Notes: generated from the sequence alone by a model not told the origin. Numbered from the stretch's first letter, positions 1-12,152 are shown. The stretch: DNA of 64,000 nt from Octopus vulgaris (GCA_951406725.2 OX597817.1:55366001-55430000), one strand, 5' to 3'. Numbers and translations are program-made.

Positions 1-187
1 TCAACATGATTCGAACCTGTGACTTAGGCAATAGCTTAAGAAGTAAATGAGTACTTCAATCATTTCTAAACCAAACTAAGATGAAAAATGAAGATAAAAA
101 GTGAATTATTCACCGGGAATTAAAAGCAATAGAAGACAAGAAAATGTCACGTGATATACAAGCAAATAATATGCAAACACACAAGTC

Positions 188-602
188 GGCCAGTTGGCAT
201 AAACGATAGCAAGCCGGGCGAAATGCTTAGCAATGTTTCGTCTGCCACTGCGTTCTGAGTTCAAATTCCACCGAGATCAACATTACTTTTCATCTTTTCG
301 GGGTCGATAAATTAAGTACTAGTTGCGTACTGGGGGTCGATCTAATCGACTGGCCCCCTCCCCAAAAATTTCGGGTCTTGTGCCTTGAGTAGAAAAAAAG
401 AAATCCGTCTGTCTTTATGTACTGAGTTCAAATTCCGCCGAAGTCGACTTTACCTTTCATCCTTTCGGGATCGATAAATTAAGTACCAGTTGCGTACTGG
501 GGTCGCGATAAATTAGGTAGAGCAGTTGCGTACTGTAGGTCGGTCTAATCGACTGCCCACTCCCCCAAAATTTCGGACCTTGTGCCTAGAGTAGAAAAGA
601 AT
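188..602 (+). mobile_element. tRNA-derived SINE family A (Nin/Deu-like central domain), two tandem modules
   Basis: Degenerate A-box-like head, B-box GAGTTCAAATTCC, core GTCGACTTT(G/A)CCTTTCATCCTTTCGGG(G/A)TCGATAAATTAAGTACCAGTT, A-rich end. The same motif recurs many times in the window. The Nin/Deu resemblance is from memory of that domain, not from an alignment. Confidence 0.8.
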
Positions 603-795
603 ATGGTCTCACACACACACACACACATACACACACACACGCGCGCGCTGACCTATACATGCATATGTAAATAATCTTATATGAATTTCTTTGTCAGTGT
701 ATGTGTGTGCGTGTGTGCACCAGCACTCACAGAACGCTTATATACTTATGCTCATACTCACACAGACACCCACATGCATATATATATATATATAT

Positions 796-826
<31 letters not shown>

Positions 827-911
827 TACGCGCATTCATACTTGCAAATATATATGCCAGGATACTTGAGATCAGGACTACTGGAAGTAATGTTAATGTA
901 TAAAAGGTAAA

Positions 912-1705
912 AGCGGCGAGCTGGCAGAAACGTTAGCACTCCGGGCAAAATGCGTAGCCGTATTTCGTCTGCCGTTACCTTCTGAGTTCAAATTCCGTCA
1001 AGATCGACTTTGCCTTTCATCCTTTTGGTGTCGATTAAATAAGTACCAGTTACGCATTGGGGTCGATATAATCGACTTAATCCGTTTGTCTGTCCTTGTT
1101 TGTCCTCTCTGAGTTTAGTCCCTTGTGGGTAGTAAAGAAATAGGTATTTCGTCTGCCGTTACGTTCTGAGTTCAAATCCCGCAGAGGTCGACTTTGCCCT
1201 TCATCCTTTCGGGGTCGATAAAATAAGTACCAGTTGGTAGGTCGATCTAATCGACTTTCTCCCATCTACCCCCAAAATGTCTGGCTTTGCTGCCTAGAGC
1301 AAAAAAAATATTATTCCAGCAGTAACGTCCTTGCGTTCTGAGTTCAAATTCAGCCGAGGTCGACTTTGGTTTCGTTATTTGAGGTCGATAAGACGGCGAG
1401 CTGGCAGAATCGTTAGGACTCCGGCGAAATGTTTATCACCATTTCGACCGTCTTTACATTCTGATTTCAAATTCCTCCAACGCAGTCTTTGTCTTTCATC
1501 GTTTTGGGTTCAATAAATTATGTACCAGTTGCGTACTGGGGTGGATGTAATTTACTAGTCCCTTCCTGCAATATTACAGGCCTTGACCCTTTATAGACGA
1601 TTAACTGGGGTCGATAAGTCCCAGTTGAACACTGGTGGCAATGTAATCGTCTTAACCCCACCCCTAAGGGAATTACTGGCCTTGTGCTAAAATATGAAAC
1701 CACTA
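912..1705 (+). mobile_element. SINE family A cluster (about four full or partial modules)
   Basis: GGCGAGCTGGCAGAA heads at ~915 and ~1395; repeated TTCTGAGTTCAAAT...GTCGACTTTG...GTCGATAA modules at ~980, ~1163, ~1336 and ~1459. Confidence 0.85.
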
Positions 1706-1718
1706 TTTATGTATCTAT

Positions 1719-2060
1719 CTGTGTGGTAAGAAACTTGCTTCCCGACCACATGGTTCCGGGTTCAGTCCCACTACGTGGCAACTTGGGCAAATGTCTTCTA
1801 CTATAGCCGTGGGCTGACCATAGCCTTGTGAGTGGATCTGGTAGATGGAAACTGAAAGAAGCCTATATATGTATATGCTTGTGTGTCTGTGTTTGCCTCC
1901 GCCCACCATCGCTTAACAAACGACGTTGGTGTGTTTACTTCTCCGTAATCTAGCTGTTCGACAAAAGTGACCGATAGAATAAGTACTAAGCTTACAATGA
2001 ATAACACCCGAGTCCAATTCATTGGCCGCAGTCAAATGACTGAAACAAGTAAAAGAATAA
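1719..2060 (+). mobile_element. tRNA-derived SINE family B (CORE-like, octopus OR-type)
   Basis: CTGTGTGGTAAG head, GGTTCAGTCCC B-box, CTTGGGCAA CORE-like motif, internal (TA/TG)n, tail CAAATGACTGAAACAAGTAAAAG. Confidence 0.85.
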
Positions 2061-2105
2061 AAAAATATATATATATATATATATAAGAATAAAAATATAT
2101 ATACA

Positions 2106-2257
2106 CACGGCTTATTTCTGTGTTCCTTTCTGTCCAAGAGCGTAGGCTCGAAACGTAAAAGACTTTCTCACTTCCTGAGAGTTACACGAATACATCTGTT
2201 TGTTGTTTACACACACGTCTTCGTCTTTTGTTTTGTTTATTTTTTTGTAAATTCCAG

Positions 2258-2260
<3 letters not shown>
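2106..2260 (+). mobile_element. Short (TA)n-flanked element with degenerate minimal hammerhead-like motif (2126-2161)
   Basis: cttt-CTGTCCA-agagcgtaggctc-GAAA-cg-TA-aaag; homologous to 35621-35810 (-). Confidence 0.6.
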
Positions 2261-2320
<60 letters not shown>

Positions 2321-2520
2321 GAGTGTATTTTTACCTTGTTAACAATTAACACGGAAATAAATAAATAAATAAATAGTTACCAGGGTAGCAAAAATCTCAC
2401 AAGTAAAGATGTTGTAACTCCTTGTTTATAAAGGTAGAAACTTCGTGTTTACGTGGAATATTTTGAATAATATATGAATAAATAAATGAAGTTTAACGCA
2501 GGTGTAAATTAAATATTTTT

Positions 2521-2606
2521 ACTTTCGACACATGTTTCGAAAATTCCACTGATACTATTCAAAAGAATAAATGGTATAAACAATGCAATCTTATCCTCAG
2601 GAAAGT
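2521..2606 (-). ncRNA. Type-I hammerhead ribozyme
   Basis: Minus strand: stem I actttc / CUGAGGA / long stem II (taagattgcattg with cagtggaattttc) / GAAA / minimal stem III with palindromic ACAUGU / GUC cleavage triplet / gaaagt, perfectly complementary to the 5' stem I strand. Confidence 0.8.
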
Positions 2607-2808
2607 GAAAAAAACGAAACCCGTCAATAAGTCATTTTAGGAAAAAATGATGGATTTGTATAGCGTTTGACTGAACGCTATTAATATTGTTTAAAAAAAA
2701 CGTTATCTGATGTAACGTCATAAGTAGCTTACAGAAAGAGTAGGGATATTAATAGTGAATGTTAAATATAAAGGAAATTAAAGTTTAAATTATATATAAT
2801 GATAGAGA

Positions 2809-3180
2809 CTACTTATATGCACTAAATGTGTGTTTTTGCCAATGTTTACATCTGTATGCTCGCTCTATAACCATGTTTACAAGGGGATTTTTAGAAAAAA
2901 TAATAAAAAATAGCTCAGAATTGCAGAGAAGACAGAATTCCTTGCCTTTGTCATAAGGTATCGAAATTGAGAGAATCAACCATTCTAAATGAAATTGTTC
3001 ATTGTGGTCTTTTAAATCCCAAATCAGTTTGCTGAGACCAGTACTATTACGTTTATTTCTATCCCTAAATGTCCAGTAATAGATAGAAATTATTTTAGAT
3101 AACACTAACGATGTGCTTCCAATGTAAAATCGTACTTTATTGCGAGTACTGATTATACACAGCTATATAGAATTTTTAAT
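2809..3180 (-). pseudogene. Penelope-like GIY-YIG endonuclease, disrupted
   Basis: IKNSI*LCIISTRNKVRFYIGSTS...RNSTGLSKLIWDLK...W.I...CLLCNSE...RCKH: YIG motif plus C-terminal CxxC and CxH; in-frame TAG where the first Tyr is expected. Confidence 0.8.
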
Positions 3181-3319
3181 CTTAGAGTTACTTGACATAA
3201 ACTTAATTCTATTGGAATTGACTTCAGATACAATAACCTTGTTATTAATATTTCTAGAGGGTTGGATGGTATTAGCTAAATTAATGTTAGTATTAGTAAA
3301 TGTATTAATATTTAACTTA

Positions 3320-3390
<71 letters not shown>

Positions 3391-4316
3391 GTGTGTGTAT
3401 ATATATATATATATATAACTCGATGAAGACGTCCTTTAGTTTGAAGTTCCAATGAATAGCGCTGCAATCAATGGACCAAATCCGCTTTTCGCGGAAGTCC
3501 AGTTTTACGTGAGTAAGAAAATCGATATTTTATCATCTGGTAGATACAGGGATATGTTTGGGCTCATGAAACTCAGATTAGCAATACTTTTATCTATTCA
3601 TGGACTTTATCTTACCTGTCTGTCTAATTAGTGGGCCTCAGACGTTCTATCAAGTGAATATTTGCTCCAAAATGGCCTCATGAATTTCCCATAATTCCAA
3701 AGATGGATGTAAGCAGAGCAGAATTCTCAAGCAAATCAACGGTTGAAATGTGTTCACCATTTCAGTTGCAGGTACAATATTTTGATCGTCTATACGTCGT
3801 CGAATCCCCCTTTCTATAAACATACAACGTAACCCGGGCCAGGGGGTGGGAGATTCTCCCGAATACTACGCTGTGTGATTGAATCCTGTATAGTGCGGCC
3901 TTACAGTACTACACCAGTATTTATCTTGAGAAATACCAAAGCTTGACCATTCGGTTAAGCATGAGCAGCACAAAGACATATTTTAAATCATGGTATGAGA
4001 CAACAGTTTTTTGCACAGGTGTGGTAATGATGGGTGCCTCTTGCAGCAGGTGTTCAAATATCTTACCGCCCTCGCTGACTTACGCATTCATTCCATCACG
4101 ATAGTTTTCATTACATGTTTTGCCTTTCTCGGCTTCAACCTACATAGATTTAACTCATAAAGGAGATATTAACAGAGATGTTAAAATATCAAAATGATGC
4201 TGAAGTCTGAAGGTTATTAAGCGAAGAAAGAACTTGACAGGGCCAATCCCTCTCTCTGAGAAACATTCGCTTTTGAAGAAGAAAGAAAAAAACTAGTGTA
4301 CACTATTCTCCTAACG

Positions 4317-4536
4317 CAACGGTTCTCAACCGGACTCCATAAAAGGTTTTGATGCCAATATTGCACTGCAATTAAATGGTTTTACTTCAACAAATCACAT
4401 CATATTTTATCAAATTTTAAATACAATTTTTAATTAAAAATAGGATCTTTTAAAACATCGAATAGCTTGGGGGATCTATCCGGATTAAAATAGGAATCAA
4501 AGAGACCCATAGTCAAAAAATGGTTGAGAACCACTG
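4317..4536. mobile_element. hAT (Charlie-like) MITE
   Basis: TIRs CAACGGTTCTCAACC / GGTTGAGAACCACTG; flanking 8-mers TCCTAACG / TCTTAAGG (6/8 match) consistent with a decayed 8-bp TSD. Confidence 0.7.
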
Positions 4537-5139
4537 TCTTAAGGAAAATTCTAAAGGAAGACGAGCTGTCTCGCAATTGGCTGAATGATAAATTACTAAA
4601 TTGGACGGTTCTCTAGCAAAAGCTTGATTCCGTTCCGCAGTGTGTCCAGAGAAAACGAAAAAACAATAAGACGGACGTTCGACAGGTTGCATTGAATTGT
4701 ATGTTACCAATGGCATTAAGAGTCACCCAACATACACACACATATATATATATATGGACGCACACACACACACACACATGTACATACATATATGTATGCA
4801 CATAAATACAATCATATACAAATACAATTGCATACATGCATACAGACACATCCACACACGCACACACACACATATACATACATGCACATATGCACATACC
4901 TATGTATGCATACACGGAATATGCGCTCAGTGTGTTTGTGTGCCTGCGTGTGCGTCTGTGAGTGCGCGTGCTTGCGTGTGTGTGCGTGTGTGCATAACAT
5001 GGTGTACTACAGATATATATGCTTACTTGCATTTACACTCACAGAATTACACACACACACACACATGCATACGCAGTATTTGCTTCACAAACCTAAGTCC
5101 GTTCATTTCTTTTTCTTTATATATATATATATATATATA

Positions 5140-5260
5140 TCCTTTCGGGGTCGATAATTAAAGTACCAGTTTCGCACTGGGGTCGATGTAATCGACTTAA
5201 TCCGTTTGTCTGTCCTTGTTTGTCCCCTCTATGTTTAGCTCCTTGTGGGAAATAAAGAAA

Positions 5261-5262
<2 letters not shown>
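5140..5262 (+). mobile_element. SINE family A, 3' half
   Basis: TCCTTTCGGGGTCGATAATTAAAGTACCAGTT...GTCTGTCCTTGTTTGTCCC...AATAAAGAAA, then poly(A). Confidence 0.8.
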
Positions 5263-5291
<29 letters not shown>

Positions 5292-5295
5292 TAAA

Positions 5296-5495
5296 TGTGA
5301 CCTCGTGTGTACCGTTGGCGATTTTTTTCCATTTGTCTTCCCTTCTCTGGATCTTTCCTTCTCCTACGTTTCCGACGAAGAGTTCCGCTCGAAACGTTAA
5401 ACCCTCCTTGTTTCCTTCTTTCCTGAGCGTCCAATAATACTATATTTGTTACACGTCCTCGCGTTGTGTTATTTTTTGGTTTTCTTGTCTGGATT

Positions 5496-5498
<3 letters not shown>
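5296..5498 (+). mobile_element. Short (TA)n-flanked element with minimal hammerhead-like motif (5368-5402)
   Basis: gttt-CCGACGA-agagttccgctc-GAAA-cg-TT-aaac; ends GGATTAA then (TA)n, like 15995-16173. Confidence 0.65.
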
Positions 5499-5566
<68 letters not shown>

Positions 5567-5597
5567 TGTTTTATTGAAGTTTCAAAACATCTCCGGA

Positions 5598-5639
5598 AAC
5601 TGTTACTCAGAGTTACCCGTCACCGATCATCAGACGGTT
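5598..5639 (-). ncRNA. Hammerhead ribozyme, mutated copy (GAAA changed to GUAA)
   Basis: Minus strand aaccgt-CTGATGA-tcg gtga cgg-GTAA-ctctgag-TA-acagtt; homologous to 6129-6170. Confidence 0.6.
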
Positions 5640-5712
5640 GTTGTTATACTGAATAATTAATTATGAGAGTATATATAATGTAATATTATATTATATTTCA
5701 TTCAATTCTCTT

Positions 5713-6040
5713 ATTCTTTTACTTGTTTCAGTCATTTGAGTGCCGCCATACTGGAGCACCTCCTTCAGTGGAACACATCGACGCCAGGACTTATTCTTTG
5801 TAAGTATAGTATTTCTTCTATCAGTCTTTTTGCCGAACCGCTAAGTTACGGGGAAGTATACACACCAACATATATATACGACTGGCTTCTTTGAGTTTCC
5901 GTTTACGAAATCCACTCACAAGGCTTTGTTCGGCTCGAGATTATAGTTGAAGACACTTGCCCAAGGTGGCACTCAGTGGGACTGAACCCGGAACCATGTG
6001 GTCGGGTAGCAAGCTTCACACCACAGAGCCACTCCTGCAT
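5713..6040 (-). mobile_element. SINE family B
   Basis: Reverse complement of the family B head, CORE-like segment and tail. Confidence 0.85.
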
Positions 6041-6128
6041 TATTGTATAATATAATGTAATATAATATAATATAATATAATATAATATAGTATAATATAG
6101 TATTGAATTTCTTATTTAGTATTATCAC

Positions 6129-6170
6129 AATTGTCTGATGAGCGATCACGTGAAACCCCGAGTAACAGTT
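6129..6170 (+). ncRNA. Type-I hammerhead ribozyme, canonical core
   Basis: aattgt-CUGAUGA-gcg(auca)cgu-GAAA-c(cccga)g-UA-acagtt: 6-bp stem I with one G-U, 3-bp stem II, short stem III, GUA cleavage triplet. Confidence 0.8.
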
Positions 6171-6249
6171 TGTGGAGATTTTGTTCACCTTCAGTGAAAT
6201 AGCTTATTCTTCTAGATTCGTTATCCAAGTGCTTTTTTTCCCCACCTAT

Positions 6250-6392
6250 GCGTTTACTTAGGTGTGTGTGCGCGCGTGCGTGCGTGTGTATAAAAAATGA
6301 CGAGCAAATGTTGAAAATGCTCTATGTATATATATATATATATGTACGTACACATACAAATGTATATTTATATATGTACATAAATATATATA

Positions 6393-6443
<51 letters not shown>

Positions 6444-6457
6444 GTGCATATATATGC

Positions 6458-6502
<45 letters not shown>

Positions 6503-6530
6503 TATATACATATATATGTATGTGCATATG

Positions 6531-6586
<56 letters not shown>

Positions 6587-6965
6587 CATTTATAGAATGA
6601 TACGGACATTCACATATACGTATATACATACGCACAAGCATAGACACACACACATACACATTCAAAACAAGCATACACACAAGCACACACACACATACAA
6701 TACAAACGTACGCACACACACACCTCTAGCACATTGTTCTATCAAGCAACACATTCTTCTCTTCCTGTTGCTTTCTTTCTCTCTACGTCTTACACTCCCT
6801 CTATTAATCTCTCTCTCATTCTCTCTGTCTTTCTCTTTCTCTCTCTTTCTCCTTCTCTCTCCCTCTCTCTCTCTCGTTCTCTCTCTGAATAACTTTTTGT
6901 AAATATATCTCCCTAATATATCTCGTTCATTCTCTCACCCTGTCTAAAATACTACCCGGTTTCTT

Positions 6966-7005
<40 letters not shown>

Positions 7006-7073
7006 GTTCTCTCTCTCTCTCTCTTTCGTTATCTCTCTCTCTCGTTCTCTCTCTCTTTCGTTCTCTCTCTCTT

Positions 7074-7120
<47 letters not shown>

Positions 7121-7158
7121 ATCTATATGTCTGTCTCGCTGTGTCTTACTCACTTCGG

Positions 7159-7233
<75 letters not shown>

Positions 7234-7305
7234 CTATCTCTCTGTGTTTCTGACTCTGTGTCTGTCTCACCGTCTCTCTCTCATCTTCTCGATCTATCTG
7301 TCTAT

Positions 7306-7387
<82 letters not shown>

Positions 7388-7884
7388 CAATCACAATGCT
7401 TACACACACATACACACACGCACACAAACACTCAGACACACACACACGCCCATACTTATCTGTCTTATATATACATACATATATATATCTTTTCTTTAAT
7501 TCTCCTTCTCCCTAACTTCCTCTCCTCTTCACATTGTTATACTTAGACTTTTCTCTCTCTCTCTTTGTCTCTCTCACTTGTTCTCTCACTTTATATACTC
7601 ACCCCTCTTTCTCCCTCCACCTCGCTGTCTCCATATATCTCCCTCTCTGTGTTCCCTCACACACTCTCTCTCTCTCTCTCTTGTCCTTCACCCCCCCCCA
7701 CTTCTCTTACTGTTCCTACACCTATGCTATTTCTTTCTGCACTCACTCTCTACTATATTACATCCTCTCTCAAATATTCTTGCTCTCATCACCTCTTGCT
7801 TCTTACCATATCTAAAGTCCTTTTCGTGTCTCACTCTCTCCATCTCTATTTTCCTCTCTCACTCTGTTTATGTATATATCACAT

Positions 7885-7935
<51 letters not shown>

Positions 7936-7951
7936 GTGTGTGTGTGTATGT

Positions 7952-7996
<45 letters not shown>

Positions 7997-8100
7997 CATA
8001 TATATATAAGCATACATATAAGGTGTATTTATATATATATATGTATATACACACACACATATATATATATACATATGTATATATGTATATGCATATATAC

Positions 8101-8177
<77 letters not shown>

Positions 8178-8672
8178 ATGTATACATATATATGCATATA
8201 TATATGTATATATATTTATATATATAAATACACCTTATATGTATGCTTATATATATATGTGTGTATATATATATACATATACATCTGTATATATATATAT
8301 ACAGAGAGACGGAGAGAGAGAGAGAGAGAGAGTGAGAGTACATATCCCTTATTGTCACATTGTACTTGTAATATAACGCTCTTCTTCAGTTTTCACTCTC
8401 TCTGTCTGTCTGTCTGTCTCTCTCTCTGTCTCTCTCTCTCTCTCTCTGTCTGTCTCTCTCTCTCTGAATACTTTCTATATATCTGTATATCTGTCTCTCG
8501 TTTCATCTCCATCTTCCACCCTCTCGCTCTCTCTCTCTCCCTCTCACTGTTTCCCTAAATACGTCTCTCTCTCTCTCTACCTCTGCCTCTCTCTCTCTCT
8601 CTGTCATTTGACGTCTTTTCGACTCACTAACTACTACAACCTCACTCAACAACAACAACAACAACAACAACA

Positions 8673-8730
<58 letters not shown>
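6250..8730. repeat. Compound microsatellite block (TA, CA, CT, TCTA, CAA, CTA)
   Basis: Directly visible simple repeats; they account for the overlapping low-complexity ORFs. Confidence 0.95.
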
Positions 8731-8731
<1 letters not shown>

Positions 8732-9444
8732 GTCGTCTTTTACTCTCCATTCGTGCAGCGCTCCAACCTTCCTCCCTCAACTACTTTCCTCTTTCTCTCT
8801 TTCACCTCCTCTCCTAAAAGAAACCATTGCCTCCTACCTCGTTTGTTTTCCCCTCTCTCACTCTCTGTCGTTTCCCCTAGTGTCTATCTCTCTTGCTCTC
8901 TTTTACACTTTCTCTCTCACTTCATCTATCTATCTATCTATCTGTTAGTCTATCTATCTATCCATCTATCTGTTTGTCTGTCTATCTCTGCTTCTCTCGG
9001 TGTCAATGTCCTTTGCTTTTCCACCACCACTCCTTTTCATCACCGCCACCATTTCCCAAATCCTCCTACCGCTTCCCTCTCTTCATCTCCTCCCTCCGAT
9101 TTCTCAGCTCTCCAGTTCTCTAGCTCTCCAGCACTCCTTCTTCTTCTCTCTCTATCTCTCTCTCTCTTACTCTCCTATCTTAGAACTCAAAAATCTAAGA
9201 ATCTCACACTGGAATGAGGTCATAGTTGCGGAATGATCGGAATGTGTTGCTTCCAACCCACTCCCACCTACCGCACCCCCTACCCCACACCGCCATCCGC
9301 CGCCGCAACCTCCGCCTCCTCCCATAGCGTTTCCACAGACATCGCAACCACCGCCACCATCCCTGCTAATTCTGTCACAATCATTGCTACCAATTCTACC
9401 AGCAACCAGCAACTCACGCGCACACACACACACACACTACCACC

Positions 9445-9476
<32 letters not shown>

Positions 9477-9639
9477 CTACAGTATCGTCATAACTGGCGT
9501 ATGTGTATCTTTCACACTACAACAATAGCTTTCTTCACAAATAGACCACAGGTACCGCAACCGATACAATCGCCACCACCACCATTACTACTACTAGCTC
9601 CAACACTACGCCAGCCCCATCGACATCACTCTAACTACC

Positions 9640-10450
9640 ACTAAGCACACCACCACCACCACCGCCTCCACATCATCACTGCAAACTACTACCACCACCA
9701 CCACCACCACTACCACCACCATCAACCAGCATTGCATTTACTACAACCAGCACTATCAAAACTACTTCTACCACTACCACCAATACTACCACCACAGCTA
9801 CAAGTATTTTCACCGTTACTACCACCACTACTGTCACAGATGAAATTATAACACCACAACAATAGCCTTCACCTCATTTGACCACATGAGCCACCGCCTA
9901 TACTGCAATAATTATTACAATAAAACAGACAAACGCCATCATTGATTAAATTATCAGATACTACAACCTAAGCCGACGCTCGTGACTACCGTATTACATA
10001 CTACAGACAAAACTGTAATATCAGTTGTACTATTAGGAACCGGGGTCACATGATATTGCCTCTTACTAGAGACACCACCACCACCACCGCCGCAACAACA
10101 ACAACAACAACAACAGCAACAACAACATCACCACCAGACTCATTCATACCGTCACCATTAACCAATAGAACCACCATTATAACTACTACCAGTACTACAA
10201 TCACAACTTTTATCATCACCATCAACACCGGCATCACAACTATCATCACCATCACCGCCACTAACACCACCACTACCACCACTACTACCACCACCACCAC
10301 CACCATCACCACCATCACTGTCATCACTGCCATTACTATCACCTTCATCATCATCACCACCGCCGCCGCCACCACCATCAAGAACAGCACCACCACACAC
10401 ACCACCACCACCACTGCCATTACTACCATAGCAGCTAATATGACTACATA
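9640..10450. repeat. Degenerate (ACC/ACT/ATC)n trinucleotide tracts
   Basis: Cryptic ACN repeats giving poly-Thr and poly-Val read-throughs. Confidence 0.8.
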
Positions 10451-10819
10451 ATTAATGATGCTTGATGCCATGATAAAACATGGTGTGGTCATAGGTGGAG
10501 CGTGTTTTGACGGCATTCCTTGATCAGGTTTGCCTTTGTGTTAGAAACTACCACACCACGAACATATTTTTCTGCACAGCCCCCAACACACATCACTGCA
10601 CCGCTCCGACACTCTCCTGAAACACCAATACACTACACTGCACCTGCACCACAAGGGAACAATCGCACACCGCTGCAGTACCGTTGCACATCGCTGTGAC
10701 ACCTAAAGACACCACTGCAATATTGTCGCATACCACTGCAGTAAACAATGCACAATTCTCTCAACACCGCAAACAGGAAGCGATGCGGTGCAATGTATGA
10801 TAGCATGATAGCACCGTGG

Positions 10820-11590
10820 CACCACTCCACCTAACTGTGCCACCATTAAACCATCAAACACCATTGTGGCACCACTACGCTTCTCCTACTATCAAACATC
10901 AGTGCGATGACACCCCACCTAACTGTACCCCCATCAAACACCACTCTGACAGCACTCCACCCAACTTTATCGCCTGCACTTAACTGCCGCCACCAAACAC
11001 CACTGTGGTGCACTCCACCTAACTGTGCTGCCATCAGACATTACTGCACTTAATTGTACTGCCATCAAATACCACTGCAGTAGCACACCACTTAACTGTG
11101 CCGCCATCAAGCACCACTGCATGAAACTGTTCCACCATCACACACCACTGCACCAAATATTTTCTCCATCAAGCACCACTGCACCTAACCGTACCGCCAT
11201 CAAACTCCACTGTCACAGCCCACCACCTTAGTGTGCCATCATTAAGTACCACTGCCCCTAACTGTACCACCATCATGTTCCACAGCGGCACCAAACTTTA
11301 CCGCTATCAAGTACCACTGCAGCACCACTTCCCCATAAAGCACCACTGCATATAACTGTGCCGGCATCAAAAACCACTGCGGCACCACACCAACTAAGTG
11401 TGCCGCCATGAAGCACCATTGCACCTAACTGTACTACCATCGAACACTATCGCGGCAGCACTCCTCCAAACTGTGCCGCCATCAAACACCACTGCACCTA
11501 ACTGTGCCACCGTCAAACACTACAGCAGCAGCATACCACCTAAATGTGCCGCCATCAATTACCACTGCACCTAACTTTGCCGAAATCAAA
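10820..11590. repeat. Degenerate minisatellite with 31-bp and 42-bp units
   Basis: Consensus CACCACTGCACCTAACTGTGCCGCCATCAAA (31 bp), interspersed with a variant carrying an 11-bp insert (42 bp). Confidence 0.85.
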
Positions 11591-11620
11591 CACCACCACC
11601 ACCACCACTACTACTAAAAT

Positions 11621-11689
<69 letters not shown>

Positions 11690-12006
11690 ACATCTGCTCT
11701 CACCATTACCGCCATTTTCAATCTCACTTTAAATAGTGACCACCACCACTACAACCTCCACCATCCTCATTCCCACGTTGATAGTCCCCACCAACATTAC
11801 CACCGCCTTTCCGCACCTCCCTATTAAGGCCATCGCGTCGAGCATCTGCACTATTACACACTGCTTCCATCATCAACCCCCCCTCCAACACTACATCCAC
11901 CTCCATCATCATCATCATCCTCCTCATCATCATCATGAGCTTCATCATCATCATCATCACCCCTATTATTATCGTCATCACCATCACCACCACCACCACC
12001 ACCATT

Positions 12007-12043
<37 letters not shown>

Positions 12044-12120
12044 CTAATATAATCAATAACACTTGACTGACCACTATGACCTCTACTATTAAGACCAGTC
12101 GCTGGATGGCCACCAATATC

Positions 12121-12152
<32 letters not shown>

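Larger units (their letters stand above)
2313..3322 (-). mobile_element. 5'-truncated Penelope-like retroelement (GIY-YIG remnant plus hammerhead-bearing pLTR), flanked by (TA)n
   Basis: Carries a GIY-YIG-like reading frame (2809-3180) and a type-I hammerhead downstream on the same strand; long (TA)n tracts at both ends. Confidence 0.8.

Noticed and set aside
10046-10516. Val-rich membrane-like ORF (-) and Thr-rich ORF (+)
   Set aside because: Explained by cryptic ACN repeats, which are stop-poor; the same pattern occurs at 21691-22452.
10820-11590. CRISPR-like appearance of ~31-bp repeats
   Set aside because: Units are contiguous and degenerate with no unique spacers, there are no cas genes, and the context is eukaryotic.
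11736-12047. His-rich ORF
   Set aside because: (CAT/CAC)n microsatellite with no other coding evidence.
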